55,633 nt of DNA from an uncultured Acetobacteraceae bacterium (GCA_964245505.1 CAXTOB010000002.1:1-55633); one strand, 5' to 3'; counted from the first letter of the stretch, positions 1 to 10,370 are shown. Translations and numbers: made by a program. Notes: generated from the letters alone by a model not told the origin.

Positions 1-44
1 GAAACTCAGGATACGTCTCCACTTGAACCGGACGTGCTCTAGGC
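1..44 (-). repeat. Window-truncated partial copy of the ~104-bp F2 intergenic repeat, reverse orientation
   Basis: Reverse complement of 1-44 (gcctagagcacgtccggttcaagtgg...) aligns with the 5' end of the copies at 46988 and 55404 (ctagagcatgttcggatcaaacgg...). Confidence 0.4.
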
Positions 45-117
45 CTGCCGCCGCGGTCGCATGGATGTAGGCGCCGGCTTGGACCTTATCTGCCTGCGAA
101 TCTTTCTTGTGGAATCT

Positions 118-282
118 TACCAAGGGCCCTTCACACTGACCCAGACGTGCCGAGCCGTCATTGCGAGCCGCGCTTGCGGCGCGGCAATCCAGAACCGCCG
201 GTACAGTCCTTGCCGCCGGGGGTTGCCGCGTCGCTGCGCTCCTTGCAATGACGAAAACGGTCAGAGCGAAGGGCATTTGATG
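118..282. repeat. Nested-palindrome intergenic element E1 (type I outer arms plus inner cattgcgag/ggcaatccag palindrome)
   Basis: Left arm taccaagggcccttcacactgaccc. Inner inverted repeat gtcattgcgag...ggcaatccag / gggttgcc...ccttgcaatgac. Right arm gaaaacggtcagagcgaagggcatttgatg. Related copies at 34952, 44339 and 55532. Confidence 0.7.
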
Positions 283-453
283 TGAACAAACGGGCTTTGC
301 TCTCGGGAGGGACCCCGTTTGGCGCATGTTCTCACCCCAACCGCGGTGACCCGATTTCCACACCCGTACCAACGCCCGTCATTCGGCCAAACCGCGCCGC
401 ACGTCAGTCACCATCGTCTAGGCCAGGACCGGTCCAAGCCAATCCCTGCCTCG

Positions 454-1211
454 TCACCGTTTCAGTCGGTAGCCGGTCTTGAAGATCCACCATATGCCGA
501 GCAGGCACACCGCCATGAAGACGAACGTCATGGCAAGGCTGATGCCCGGGCTGATGTCCGATACGCCGAAGAAGCTCCAGCGGAAGCCGCTGACCAGGTA
601 AACCACCGGGTTGAACAGGGTGACGGTCTGCCAGAACGGCGGGAGCATGCTGACCGAGTAGAAGCTGCCGCCGAGGAAGGTCAGCGGCGTCACGATCAGC
701 AGCGGAACCAGGTTCAGCTTCTCGAAGCTGTCGGCCCAGACGCCGATGATGAAGCCGAACAAGCTGAAGGTGACCGAGGTCAGCACGAGGAACGCCAGCA
801 TCCAGACGGGATGGACGATGCCGAACGGCACGAACAGCCGGGCCGTGAGAAGGATGAGCAGGCCGAGGGCGACCGACTTGCTTGCTGCGGCGCCGACATA
901 GCCCAGCACGATCTCGAAGGCCGAGACCGGGGCCGACAGCAGCTCGTAGATCGTGCCTACGAACTTGGGGAAGTAGATGCCGAACGACGCGTTGGAGATG
1001 CTCTGCGTCAGGAGGGACAGCATGACCAGGCCAGGGACGATGAACGCGCCGTAGCCGACGCCATCAACCTGCGCCATGCGCGATCCGATCGCAGCGCCGA
1101 ACACGACGAAGTACAGGGATGTCGAGATCACGGGCGACACGACGCTTTGCAGCAGGGTGCGCCGGGTGCGGCTCATCTCGAACAGGTAGATGGCCTGGAC
1201 GGCGTGACGGT

Positions 1212-1215
<4 letters not shown>
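454..1215 (-). CDS. ABC-2 type transporter permease
   Basis: 253-aa ORF with multiple hydrophobic segments. 4-bp ATGA overlap with the upstream ATPase gene. YadH-like ABC-2 permease sequence. Confidence 0.85.
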
Positions 1216-2189
<974 letters not shown>

Positions 2190-2447
2190 GAAACTCGCAT
2201 TACAGTGACGGGGGAGGACGCCGGGCCGCGACGCCCGCAGCGCCCCGCCGTCCTATGCTAGCACATGCACGAGCCCGGCACAGTGCGACTGGCCACAGAA
2301 CGGCGTCACAGGCCTGTGCCGAGGCGCTTCCAGGCACTGGATGCGCAGGTGCCGCCGAGGTGCCGCCCCCACCAACGCCGCGTAGCTCTCAACCCGCAAA
2401 CCGTCCACCAAGCCGGGAAAACCCCAACGCCACTTACAATGCGCTGC

Positions 2448-3686
2448 TTATGAGTGGACGAGCGGGCAGCCTCCCTCCGCCATCGGACGGAATGCCTGTT
2501 CGGCGGGAATGGTGCTCTGCAGGTTATACAGGTCCCACTCTCCCTTGTTCTGGCCGGGCGCCTTGACCTCGAAAAGGTAGGCATTGTGGATCTTGCGCCC
2601 ATCCTCGCGGATGCGGCCAATGCCTAGCCCGTCATCGTCGGTCGGCATGGCCTTCATCTGGGCGACCAGCGCCCGTCCGGAGGCAAGCTTCTCAGCCCCA
2701 CCCATCGCCTGCACCGCCTTCAGGCAGTGCAGGGCGGCGGAGTAGGCGCCGGCGTGGTTGGTTGATGGATAAAGCCCGTTCGGCATGCGCGGCAGCACCT
2801 TGGCCGTAAAGCGCCGGGTACGGTCGTTCAGGTCCCAGTAGAATGGTTCGGTCAGCAGCATGCCTTGCGCCGCCTCCAGCCCGGCGCTGCGCACGTCGTT
2901 CAGCAACGCCAGCAACCCCGCCAGCCGCGTGCCGCCGCCAGGCCGCGTCAGGCCGAACTCGTGCGCCTGCTTGACCGAGTTGGTGATGTCTGTCCCGGCG
3001 TTGGCCAACCCGACGACCTTTGCGCCGCTCGCCTGCGCCTGCACCAGGAAGGAGGAAAAGTCGGTGGTGGCCGGGAATGGATAGCTTACCGCGCCCAGCA
3101 CAGTCCCACCGGCGCGCAGGACCGCGGCCGAGGTGTCGCGCTGCAGCGCCTGACCAAACGTGTAGTTGGGCGTGAGGAAGAACCAGCTTGTCCCACCGGC
3201 CTTGACGCCCGCGGTGCCGGTGCCGTTCGCCAGCATCCAGGTATCATACGTCCAGTGGATCATGTTGGCGTTGCAGCGCGGCCCGGTCAGGTCGGCGCTG
3301 GCTGGGCCGGTCGCCAGGAACACGCGGTCGCTTTGCTCGGCGAGGGTTGCGACGGCCAGGGCTATGGCTGAGTTGTTGACCTCCAGGATGACGTCCGCCT
3401 CGCCGCTGTCGAACCATTGCCGGGCGATGGCGCTGCCCACGTCCGCCTTGTGCTGGTGGTCGGCCTGGATGACCGTTGTGGGCACGCTCCCCCCGGCAGC
3501 GGCAAAGTCGGCGATGGCCTGGTTGACGCAGACCAGCGTCCCTGGTCCGGACAGGTCCCGGTAAGGCCCGGACAGGTCACCGAGAATGCCGAAACGCAGC
3601 GGCCGCAGCGCCTGCGCCCCGGTCGCCGCTGGCAAGATGAACGGGGCAGCAAGCGCCGCAAGCGCTGTTCGGCGACCCAAGGACAT
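2448..3686 (-). CDS. ABC transporter substrate-binding protein (Leu/Ile/Val-binding-protein-like family), orphan
   Basis: ORF runs 2448-3719. Start set at ATG 3686 after GGGGAGA. Signal peptide MSLGRRTALAALAAPFILPAATGAQA. No cognate permease or ATPase genes are adjacent. Confidence 0.8.
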   Translation of the reverse strand: MSLGRRTALAALAAPFILPAATGAQALRPLRFGILGDLSGPYRDLSGPGTLVCVNQAIADFAAAGGSVPTTVIQADHQHKADVGSAIARQWFDSGEADVILEVNNSAIALAVATLAEQSDRVFLATGPASADLTGPRCNANMIHWTYDTWMLANGTGTAGVKAGGTSWFFLTPNYTFGQALQRDTSAAVLRAGGTVLGAVSYPFPATTDFSSFLVQAQASGAKVVGLANAGTDITNSVKQAHEFGLTRPGGGTRLAGLLALLNDVRSAGLEAAQGMLLTEPFYWDLNDRTRRFTAKVLPRMPNGLYPSTNHAGAYSAALHCLKAVQAMGGAEKLASGRALVAQMKAMPTDDDGLGIGRIREDGRKIHNAYLFEVKAPGQNKGEWDLYNLQSTIPAEQAFRPMAEGGCPLVHS

Positions 3687-3786
3687 GGACGTCTCCCCAC
3701 GCGCCGTTCGGGCGCTCACGGCCAGCTTCCGTCTCCAGGCGGGACGACGTCAACAGGTCGCGCCATGCCGGTGACTTTGCGGCACT

Positions 3787-4980
3787 TCAGGCATCCACCT
3801 TCGCCGAACCCGCCCGATGGCCCTCATCAAGGGACTGGTCATAGCCCAGCCGGACCGGCCCCTGCCGATCCAGCAGCGACTCCGCCACCAGCACACGATG
3901 CTCCGGCGCCGTTCCGCAACGCAGGCTCCACGCCGCCACGCGGCGATACCAGAGCTGCTGGTCGAACTCGGCGATGAAGCCGATCCCGCCATGGATCTGC
4001 TGGGCCATGCGCACGGCGGCCAGGCACTTCTCGCTGGCGAACGCCTTGGCTTGCGCCACCTCCACCCGTGCCGACAGGCCATTGCTGATCCGGTAAGTCG
4101 CCTCCCGCACCAGCAGTTGCGCACCATCGACGCCGATGGTCATGTCCGCCGCCATGTGCTGGATCGCCTGAAACGACCCGATGGGCTGGCCGAACGCGAT
4201 CCTCTGCTTGGCGTATTCCACCGCTCGGTGCGTGGCCTCGCCGGCCGCGCCCACCATCAGCGCCGTGGTGAAGGCGGCAGCCAAGTCCATGAGTTCGAGC
4301 ACGATGGACCGGCCAAACTCAGGAGCGCCGACCATGTCGGCCACCGGCACCCGAACGCCCTCGAAGCACACCGTCGCCTGGGCATCCCCGGCCGTGGTCA
4401 CCAGGTCCGTGACCGAGATGCCCGAAGCCTTGGTGTCCACCAAGGCCAGCCCCAGGCCGCTCCCATCCAGCATCCGGAACACCACCAGGCATCGCCCGGC
4501 ACTCCGGAAATTATCGACGAAAGTCTTCTCGCCGGTCAGGACAAGCTCATCCCCCTCGATCCTGCCGCCCAGCGACACGGCATCCGGTGACCACCGGCAA
4601 TCCCGCTCCTGCACCGCATAAGTGAGGATCAGCTTGCCCTCGACCACCTGATGCAGCATGTCGCGCTGGGCCGCGCTGCCATGCCGGGCCAAGATAAGGG
4701 CAGTGACCATGGTGCCAAGCATAGGCACCGGCGTAATCTGCCGCCCCAACTCCTCGAACAGCAGTCCCAGATAGGACAGCGGAAGCTCCTGCCCACCGCA
4801 CGCTTCCGGCAGGCTGATACCGAGCCAGCCCAACTCCGCCACCTTGGCCCAGAGCGCCCGGGATATCCGGTCGGGGTCACGTTCGGCCTGGCGGGCCAGG
4901 GCTGCAGTTGACTCCGTTGCCAGGAATTCAGCCGCCGCCCGCTGCACCGTCAGCTCGTCCGCAGTCAGCAGGACGTCCAT
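3787..4980 (-). CDS. Acyl-CoA dehydrogenase family protein
   Basis: 397-aa ORF with ACAD-like N-terminal, middle and C-terminal regions (LTGEKTFV, QIHGGIGFIAEFD). Starts 3 bp after the stop of the preceding ACAD gene. Confidence 0.85.
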   Translation of the reverse strand: MDVLLTADELTVQRAAAEFLATESTAALARQAERDPDRISRALWAKVAELGWLGISLPEACGGQELPLSYLGLLFEELGRQITPVPMLGTMVTALILARHGSAAQRDMLHQVVEGKLILTYAVQERDCRWSPDAVSLGGRIEGDELVLTGEKTFVDNFRSAGRCLVVFRMLDGSGLGLALVDTKASGISVTDLVTTAGDAQATVCFEGVRVPVADMVGAPEFGRSIVLELMDLAAAFTTALMVGAAGEATHRAVEYAKQRIAFGQPIGSFQAIQHMAADMTIGVDGAQLLVREATYRISNGLSARVEVAQAKAFASEKCLAAVRMAQQIHGGIGFIAEFDQQLWYRRVAAWSLRCGTAPEHRVLVAESLLDRQGPVRLGYDQSLDEGHRAGSAKVDA

Positions 4981-4983
4981 GCC

Positions 4984-6225
4984 TCAGCCCTCCTTCCGCC
5001 GCTCGGTGGCCAGGGCGCCAACCCGCGCCCGGGGCATGCCAAGCCCGTTGCGGGCGATCTGGTCGCGCATGACCTGGACGCTGCCGTGATTGACGGTGGA
5101 CTGGAACGCACCCAGCAAATTATGTGCGAACAGCCCGTCCTCGATCGCATCGGGCGAGCCATTCAGCAGTTGCGCCGACGGGCCGAGGATCTGGCTGATC
5201 GCCTCCGTCGCGCGCACGCCATGCTCAGGCGCCCAAACCTTCTCGGCCGAACCCTCATAGGAAAAAGGCTGCCCACGCTGGGCGATGGACATGCTTCGCA
5301 TCGTCATCAGCCGGGCTACCTGGCCCTCGATCCACAGCTCCGCCACCTTGTCGCGTACCCTTGGGTCGGCGCGCAGGCTGGCATTGCGCGGCTCGTTCGT
5401 CTTCAACCAGTTCACGATGTCCTCGTCGCGCATGACCGAGATCAAGTAGCGCCACGCACCCACCCGATCGAGGTTGAGCCCCCGCCTGGCCACCGCCCAG
5501 CCATCGCCCTCTTCGCCGAGCAGGCAGGACGCAGGAACCACCACATTGTCCAGGAACACCTCGTTGGTGCGCGGCTCGCCATAGGTCGTCAGCGTCGGCG
5601 CACGCGGCTCGTTCTGGATCGTCCACAGCGGGCGCACGGTGATGCCAGGCGTGTCGATCGGCACCAGCAGGATGGACAACCCAGCCTGCCGTTTGCTCTG
5701 CGGATCCGTACGCACCATCAGGAAAATGTGGGTGCAGGCATGGGCGGAGGTCGTATAGATCTTCTGCCCGTTGATGACATAGGTGTCGCCCTGGCGCAGC
5801 GCCCGGCACTGGATGCCGGCCAGGTCGGTGCCGCAGCCAGGCTCGCTATAACCCTGGGAGAACGAGATCTCCCCCTTGATCGTCGCGGGGACAAAGGTGC
5901 GCTTCTGCTCCTCCGTGCCCGAGGCCAGGATGGCAGGAGCACCCGTGCCGCCGCCGCCGATGCGCTTGTAGCCAATGCGCTGGAACTCCTCCTCGATGAT
6001 GAACTGGTCCATCGGACTGCCGCCCTGGCCGCCATACTCCTTGGGCCAACTGACCGCGGTCCAGCCGCGGGCCATGATCTTCTCGAAAAAGGCGTCACCC
6101 TCCGGACCAGACCCGCGGGCATCGTCCTTCAGCTCCGCCCGCAGCGTGTCCGTCATGTTCTCTGCAATGAAGGCTTGGACATCGCGGCGCAGTTGCTTCT
6201 GCTGCGGTGTAAACTCGAATTCCAT
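4984..6225 (-). CDS. Acyl-CoA dehydrogenase family protein
   Basis: ORF runs 4984-6267. Start chosen at MEFEFTPQQ (ATG 6225) after GGGAGG. Contains WPKEYGGQGG, YSEPGCGTDLA and INGQKIYTT, typical of ACADs. Confidence 0.85.
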   Translation of the reverse strand: MEFEFTPQQKQLRRDVQAFIAENMTDTLRAELKDDARGSGPEGDAFFEKIMARGWTAVSWPKEYGGQGGSPMDQFIIEEEFQRIGYKRIGGGGTGAPAILASGTEEQKRTFVPATIKGEISFSQGYSEPGCGTDLAGIQCRALRQGDTYVINGQKIYTTSAHACTHIFLMVRTDPQSKRQAGLSILLVPIDTPGITVRPLWTIQNEPRAPTLTTYGEPRTNEVFLDNVVVPASCLLGEEGDGWAVARRGLNLDRVGAWRYLISVMRDEDIVNWLKTNEPRNASLRADPRVRDKVAELWIEGQVARLMTMRSMSIAQRGQPFSYEGSAEKVWAPEHGVRATEAISQILGPSAQLLNGSPDAIEDGLFAHNLLGAFQSTVNHGSVQVMRDQIARNGLGMPRARVGALATERRKEG

Positions 6226-6245
6226 GCTGGCCTCCCGACTCTTCC

Positions 6246-7202
6246 TTACGCCCGCTGCTCTTTCCAACGGGTGAGCGTGCCGCCCTTCATGACCTTCCCC
6301 GGCAGCACGTGCCCAACCATGTCCTCGGTCAGCTTCGCCGCTTCCACCAGGGCATCCAGGTCAATGCCGGTCTCGACGCCCATCTCGCCGCAGGCGAAGA
6401 CCAGGTCCTCCGTACACACGTTGCCAGCCGCACCCTTATGCCCGGCGAAGGGACATCCCCCCAGCCCGCCAACCGACGAGTCGAACTCCGCGACCCCCAT
6501 CTCCATCGCCGCCACCGCATTGGCGACCGCGCAGCCCCTGGTGTCGTGCAAGTGCAGCTTCAGTTGCAATTCCGGCCACTTGTCGCGCACCTTGCCCACC
6601 ATGCTCTTCATCTGGCCCGGCGTGCCCCAGCCCATCGTGTCGGCCAGCGACAGGTTCTTCAGCGTGCAGCCATTGTCCTCCATGATCTGCATCGCCCGGC
6701 CAACCAGGCCGATCACCTTCTCCTCCGGAATATAACCCTCGAAGTTGCAGCCAAAGGCCGCCATCACACCAAGCGAGTCCGCGGCGATCCCAGCCTTGCG
6801 ATAACTCTCGATCCAGTCCGGCATCTGCTCGAAGGTCTCATCGATGCTGCGGTTGGTGTTGCGCTTAACGAAGGTCTCGCTGGCCGTCAGCGTCAGCTTG
6901 CCATCCATATCGACATGGCCGTTGGCCAGTGCCCGCTCCAGCCCCTTCGGGTTCAGCCACAACGCGCGGTAGCGAATGCCCGGCCGCTTATCGAGCTGGT
7001 CGAACAGCTCGTTGGTATCCGCCATCTGCGGCACCGCCTTCGGATTGACGAACGAGCCGACCTCGATCTGCTTGATGCCGCTGTCGGCCAAGGCGTCAAC
7101 CATCCGGACCTTCTCGTCGGTGGTCAGGATACGCGGTTCGATCTGCAGGCCGTCCCTCGGGCCCACTTCGATCATCTCCACACGTTTCGGCAGGTCGGAC
7201 AT
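6246..7202 (-). CDS. Hydroxymethylglutaryl-CoA lyase-like (HMGL/DRE-TIM) acyl-CoA lyase
   Basis: EVGPRDGLQ and HLHDTRG motifs. Start at MSDLPK (ATG 7202) after GGAGGAGAG. The ORF track extends to 7451, but that extension looks non-coding. Confidence 0.85.
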   Translation of the reverse strand: MSDLPKRVEMIEVGPRDGLQIEPRILTTDEKVRMVDALADSGIKQIEVGSFVNPKAVPQMADTNELFDQLDKRPGIRYRALWLNPKGLERALANGHVDMDGKLTLTASETFVKRNTNRSIDETFEQMPDWIESYRKAGIAADSLGVMAAFGCNFEGYIPEEKVIGLVGRAMQIMEDNGCTLKNLSLADTMGWGTPGQMKSMVGKVRDKWPELQLKLHLHDTRGCAVANAVAAMEMGVAEFDSSVGGLGGCPFAGHKGAAGNVCTEDLVFACGEMGVETGIDLDALVEAAKLTEDMVGHVLPGKVMKGGTLTRWKEQRA

Positions 7203-7371
7203 CGTCTCTCTCCTCCGTCGCTGGCCATCTGGTAGGCCATTTCCGTCCATCAAGATGTTTGCGAATAAGCTATCCACATCTTCAAATCCACCCCCGAAGC
7301 GTGTCAGTTCGCCGCGACCAAAAAGACTTGCGCGAAGCTTTGGCGCGAAGATCGGACACGAGGAACCGGCC

Positions 7372-7596
7372 ATGGACACCATGCTGTTCACACCCATGCG
7401 CATCCGCGGAGTGAACCTCAAGAACCGCATCATGCTGTCGCCGATGCTCACCTACTCCGCGGTGGATGGGCATGTCGGCGATTGGCACTTCATGCACCTG
7501 GGCAAGTATGCCGCGGGCGGCTGCGGCCTGGTGTTCACTGAATCGACCAAGGTTGACCCGCGCGGCTGCACCGCCCCGGCCAGGAGTATCGTCTGA
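7372..7596 (+). pseudogene. 5' remnant (74 codons) of an NADH:flavin oxidoreductase (Old Yellow Enzyme family) gene
   Basis: MDTMLFTPMRIRGVNLKNRIMLSPMLTYSAVDGHVGDWHFMHLGKYAAGGCGLVFTESTKVDPRG matches the OYE N-terminus, then stops. About 300 expected residues are missing and the stop overlaps the next gene's ATG. Confidence 0.6.
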
Positions 7597-8471
7597 TGCA
7601 GCACCCGATGTCGCAAATCCCTGGCGTCTATCACCGTCGCCTTGGCGACCTGCTGGTCACCGCCGTCAGCGACGGCTACGTGGACCCGCCGCTGGACGCG
7701 GTGCGCGGCATGAGCACCGCCGAGGCAGACCGGATGGTGGAGGACGCCACCGGCCGGCCGAAGGTGCGCATCGGCGTCAACATGTTCGCCATCCGTGGCG
7801 CCGGGCGGACCGTGCTGGTGGATGCGGGGTCCGGCACCACCATGGGCCCGACCTGCGGCCACCTGCCTGCAAGCCTGCGCGCCGCCGGGATCGAGCCCGG
7901 CGACATCGACACGATCCTGCTGACCCACATCCACCCCGACCACTCCAACGGACTGACGGACGATGACGGTGTCGCCGTGTTCCCGCGGGCCGAGGTCGTG
8001 GTGCACGCCACCGAACTGGCGCACTGGTTCGACGATGCCGCGATGGCGAAGGCCGACGAGCGCAGCCGCACCCGCTACTTCGCCTCCGCCCGCTTCCGCC
8101 TGCCGCCCTACCGGGACCGCACCCGCACCTTCCAATCGGGCGAGGTGTTGCCGGGCATCGTCGGCATACCCAGCCCGGGGCACACGCCTGGCCATTGCGC
8201 CTACCGGATCCGCTCGGGTGAGGAGGAGATGATCATCTGGGGCGACACCGTGCACGTGCCGGAGCTGCAGGTGCCGCGCCCGGATGTCACGATGCTGTAC
8301 GACTACGACGGCCCGATGGCCGCCGCATCCCGCAAGCAGATCTTCGAGATGGCCGTCCGGGATCGCCTGGTCATCGGCGGCATGCACCTGCACTTCCCCG
8401 GGTTCGCCCGCCTGGCCCAGGACGGGTCCGCCTACCGGCTGCAAACGGAGCCCTGGGCCTACGAGATCTGA
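7596..8471 (+). CDS. MBL-fold metallo-hydrolase
   Basis: 291-aa ORF with the HxHxDH motif (THIHPDHSNG) and downstream His/Asp ligands (SPGHTPGH). Confidence 0.85.
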   Translation: MQHPMSQIPGVYHRRLGDLLVTAVSDGYVDPPLDAVRGMSTAEADRMVEDATGRPKVRIGVNMFAIRGAGRTVLVDAGSGTTMGPTCGHLPASLRAAGIEPGDIDTILLTHIHPDHSNGLTDDDGVAVFPRAEVVVHATELAHWFDDAAMAKADERSRTRYFASARFRLPPYRDRTRTFQSGEVLPGIVGIPSPGHTPGHCAYRIRSGEEEMIIWGDTVHVPELQVPRPDVTMLYDYDGPMAAASRKQIFEMAVRDRLVIGGMHLHFPGFARLAQDGSAYRLQTEPWAYEI

Positions 8472-9334
8472 CCCGGCATCCGTTCCAAGTCGCGCGCAAC
8501 CGCCAGCAGCACGGGCGCCACCTCATTCCGCAGGAAGTCGGCCGAATGCGTCGTTGCCGACCCGGCGCAGGTCAGACCAAACATCGCCCGGCCATCGGAC
8601 CCGCGCACCGGAACCGCCACCGCGTTGTAGCCGGGATGGAACACGCCGATATTTAGGATGAAGCCGGCCTCAGCCGCCTCCTGCAACGCCGCCCGAAAAA
8701 ACGGCTGCACGGTCGGCCAACGCGGATCGTTGGGACCGTGCTCAGCCAACAGCGCTTCCCGCTCGTCCGGTTCCAGACCCGCCAGCAAGCCCCAGCCCAC
8801 GGCTGAGCTGAGCAGGGGCAGCCGGGCGCCGACGCGCAGGTTCATCACCAGGGTTGCCTCGCTGATGCAGCGCTGCACGAACACCATCCGGCCGCCGTCC
8901 CGGGCGCCCAGGCCGCTGGCGGAGCCGAACCGGTCCACCATCGCCTGCATCGGCGCCCGGGCTGCCTCCGCCAGCGGGATCGAGGCAAGGGCAGATCGCC
9001 CCAGCTTCAGCACGGGAATACCGGGCCGCAGCTTGTCGCCGCTGACCGGCACCAGGTAGCCCAGCTGTATCATGGTGTGGCACAGCCGCCAGACCGTCGG
9101 CTGCGGCAGCCCGGTCATTGCGGCAAGCTGCGTCCCGCCGATCTCCGGCCGGGAGGAGCTGAAGCAACTGAGGATATCCAGCCCCCGGGCCAGAGCCGTG
9201 ACGAAGGGCCGCTCTCCGTCCTGTGCAGCGGGGTCATGTGCAGCGGGGTCATTCGCACCGGGATCATCCACGGCGCGGTCATTTGCAACGGGCGCCGGCC
9301 CGGTGGCGTCCCGCCGGGCCTTCTGGCCGGTCAC
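8459..9334 (-). CDS. IclR family transcriptional regulator (copy 1)
   Basis: wHTH (LAAMTGLPQPTVWRLCHTMIQLGYL) plus an IclR effector domain. The ORF track fuses it to upstream sequence (to 9940). Start proposed at GTG 9334, forming a GTGA overlap with the stop of copy 2. The start is uncertain. Confidence 0.75.
   Translation of the reverse strand: MTGQKARRDATGPAPVANDRAVDDPGANDPAAHDPAAQDGERPFVTALARGLDILSCFSSSRPEIGGTQLAAMTGLPQPTVWRLCHTMIQLGYLVPVSGDKLRPGIPVLKLGRSALASIPLAEAARAPMQAMVDRFGSASGLGARDGGRMVFVQRCISEATLVMNLRVGARLPLLSSAVGWGLLAGLEPDEREALLAEHGPNDPRWPTVQPFFRAALQEAAEAGFILNIGVFHPGYNAVAVPVRGSDGRAMFGLTCAGSATTHSADFLRNEVAPVLLAVARDLERMPGQIS
9222..9296 (-). repeat. 5 x 15-bp in-frame tandem repeat in the 5' part of IclR copy 1
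   Basis: tgtgcagcggggtca occurs twice exactly (9222-9251), followed by three degenerate units. Encodes DPGANDPAAHDPAAQD. Confidence 0.8.
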
Positions 9335-10143
9335 GTCGATGCCGCGATCAAGGCGGCCAGGGCGCGCAGCCGCGGCCCGACTTCCTCCCGCAGCCGCGCG
9401 CCGGACAGCACGGAGGCAGCGCCGCCGCAGTTCAGCGTGAACGACGGCAGGCCATCGGCGCCCATCACCGGAACGGCGGCGGTGGTGTAGCCGGGATGCA
9501 GCACGCCCGGGTTGATGATGAAGCCCTCGGCCTGGAACTCCGCGAGGGCAGCCCGAAAAGCCGGCTTCGCAGCAGCCCAGGCCACGGGGGCGCCGGCGGC
9601 CTCGTCCCAGGCGGTTTCCGGCAGCCCCGCCAGGTAGGCCCAGCCCATGGCGGAGGTCGCGACCGGCACGCGGGAACCGATGCGAAGGTTCAGCACGAGC
9701 TGGGAAGCGCTCTCGCACCGCTGCACGAAACGCATGTCGTGACCGTCCCGCACCGCCATGCCGGCCGCACCCCCCACTTCGTCGGCCAACTCCTGCAAGT
9801 AGGGGCGGGCCAGCTCGGCCAAGGGCAGTTCCGAAAGCGTGACATAGCCGAGGCGCAGGACAGCCAGGGCCGGCCGCAACCGGCCGCCGTCCCCCGCCGC
9901 CAGGTAACCGAGGGACAGCATGGTCTGGCACAGGCGCCAAACCGTCGGCTGCGGCAGGTTGAGCTCCGCCGCGATTTCCGTCACGCTGAGGCTGGGCCGC
10001 GCCGGATGGAAGCAGCCGAGGATCCTGAGCCCGCGGGCCAGGGCAGTGACGAACTGACGGTCCGGCGGCGCCTCACGCCCAGCCCTATTCGCGCCAGGCC
10101 TATTCACGCCAGCCCTGTTCGAGCCTGTTGCCGTTTGAACCAA
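9331..10143 (-). CDS. IclR family transcriptional regulator (copy 2)
   Basis: 270-aa ORF. wHTH (IAAELNLPQPTVWRLCQTMLSLGYL) plus effector domain. TTG start preceded by GGAGGA. Paralogous to copy 1. Confidence 0.8.
   Translation of the reverse strand: MVQTATGSNRAGVNRPGANRAGREAPPDRQFVTALARGLRILGCFHPARPSLSVTEIAAELNLPQPTVWRLCQTMLSLGYLAAGDGGRLRPALAVLRLGYVTLSELPLAELARPYLQELADEVGGAAGMAVRDGHDMRFVQRCESASQLVLNLRIGSRVPVATSAMGWAYLAGLPETAWDEAAGAPVAWAAAKPAFRAALAEFQAEGFIINPGVLHPGYTTAAVPVMGADGLPSFTLNCGGAASVLSGARLREEVGPRLRALAALIAAST
10081..10125 (-). repeat. 3 x 15-bp in-frame tandem repeat in the 5' end of IclR copy 2
   Basis: agccctattcgcgcc / aggcctattcacgcc / agccctgttcgagcc. Encodes NRAGVNRPGANRAG. Confidence 0.8.
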
Positions 10144-10310
10144 GCATCCTCCGTGTCGGCGTCCAAACGGTCAGCGAGCCGGCGTTTACAAGCACGGGAA
10201 GACCGGGTAGCCTGACCCCAAGCGAGTGAATAACTCGCATAGTGAATACAACACGTCAAGACTTGGTACGTAAGCCGACAAAGATCGGCATCTCCGGGAA
10301 GCGTTCAATC

Positions 10311-10370
10311 GATGACCAGTCCCCCGATGACCAGCCCCCAAACGACTAGTCCTCCGATGCCCACTCCGCT
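10311..10370 (+). repeat. 4 x 15-bp in-frame tandem repeat at the CoA-transferase 5' end
   Basis: gatgaccagtccccc / gatgaccagccccca / aacgactagtcctcc / gatgcccactccgct. Encodes MTSPPMTSPQTTSPPMPTP. Confidence 0.8.

Noticed and set aside
61-285. Small ORFs lying in the E-type repeats (61-285, 44089-44304, 44214-44543, 50349-50555)
   Set aside because: They are read straight through the palindromic repeat cores. This repeat class is known to generate spurious hypothetical proteins, and no RBS or coding signal is present.
5086-6735. 549-aa plus-strand ORF
   Set aside because: It is antisense to the ACAD and HMG-CoA-lyase-like genes, which carry clear family motifs. Its composition is Arg/Pro/Ala-rich and low in information.
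8459-9940. 493-aa ORF presented as one gene
   Set aside because: Only the C-terminal ~290 residues are IclR-like. The upstream 200 residues are Gly/Arg/Pro junk that overlaps the genuine second IclR gene in another frame.
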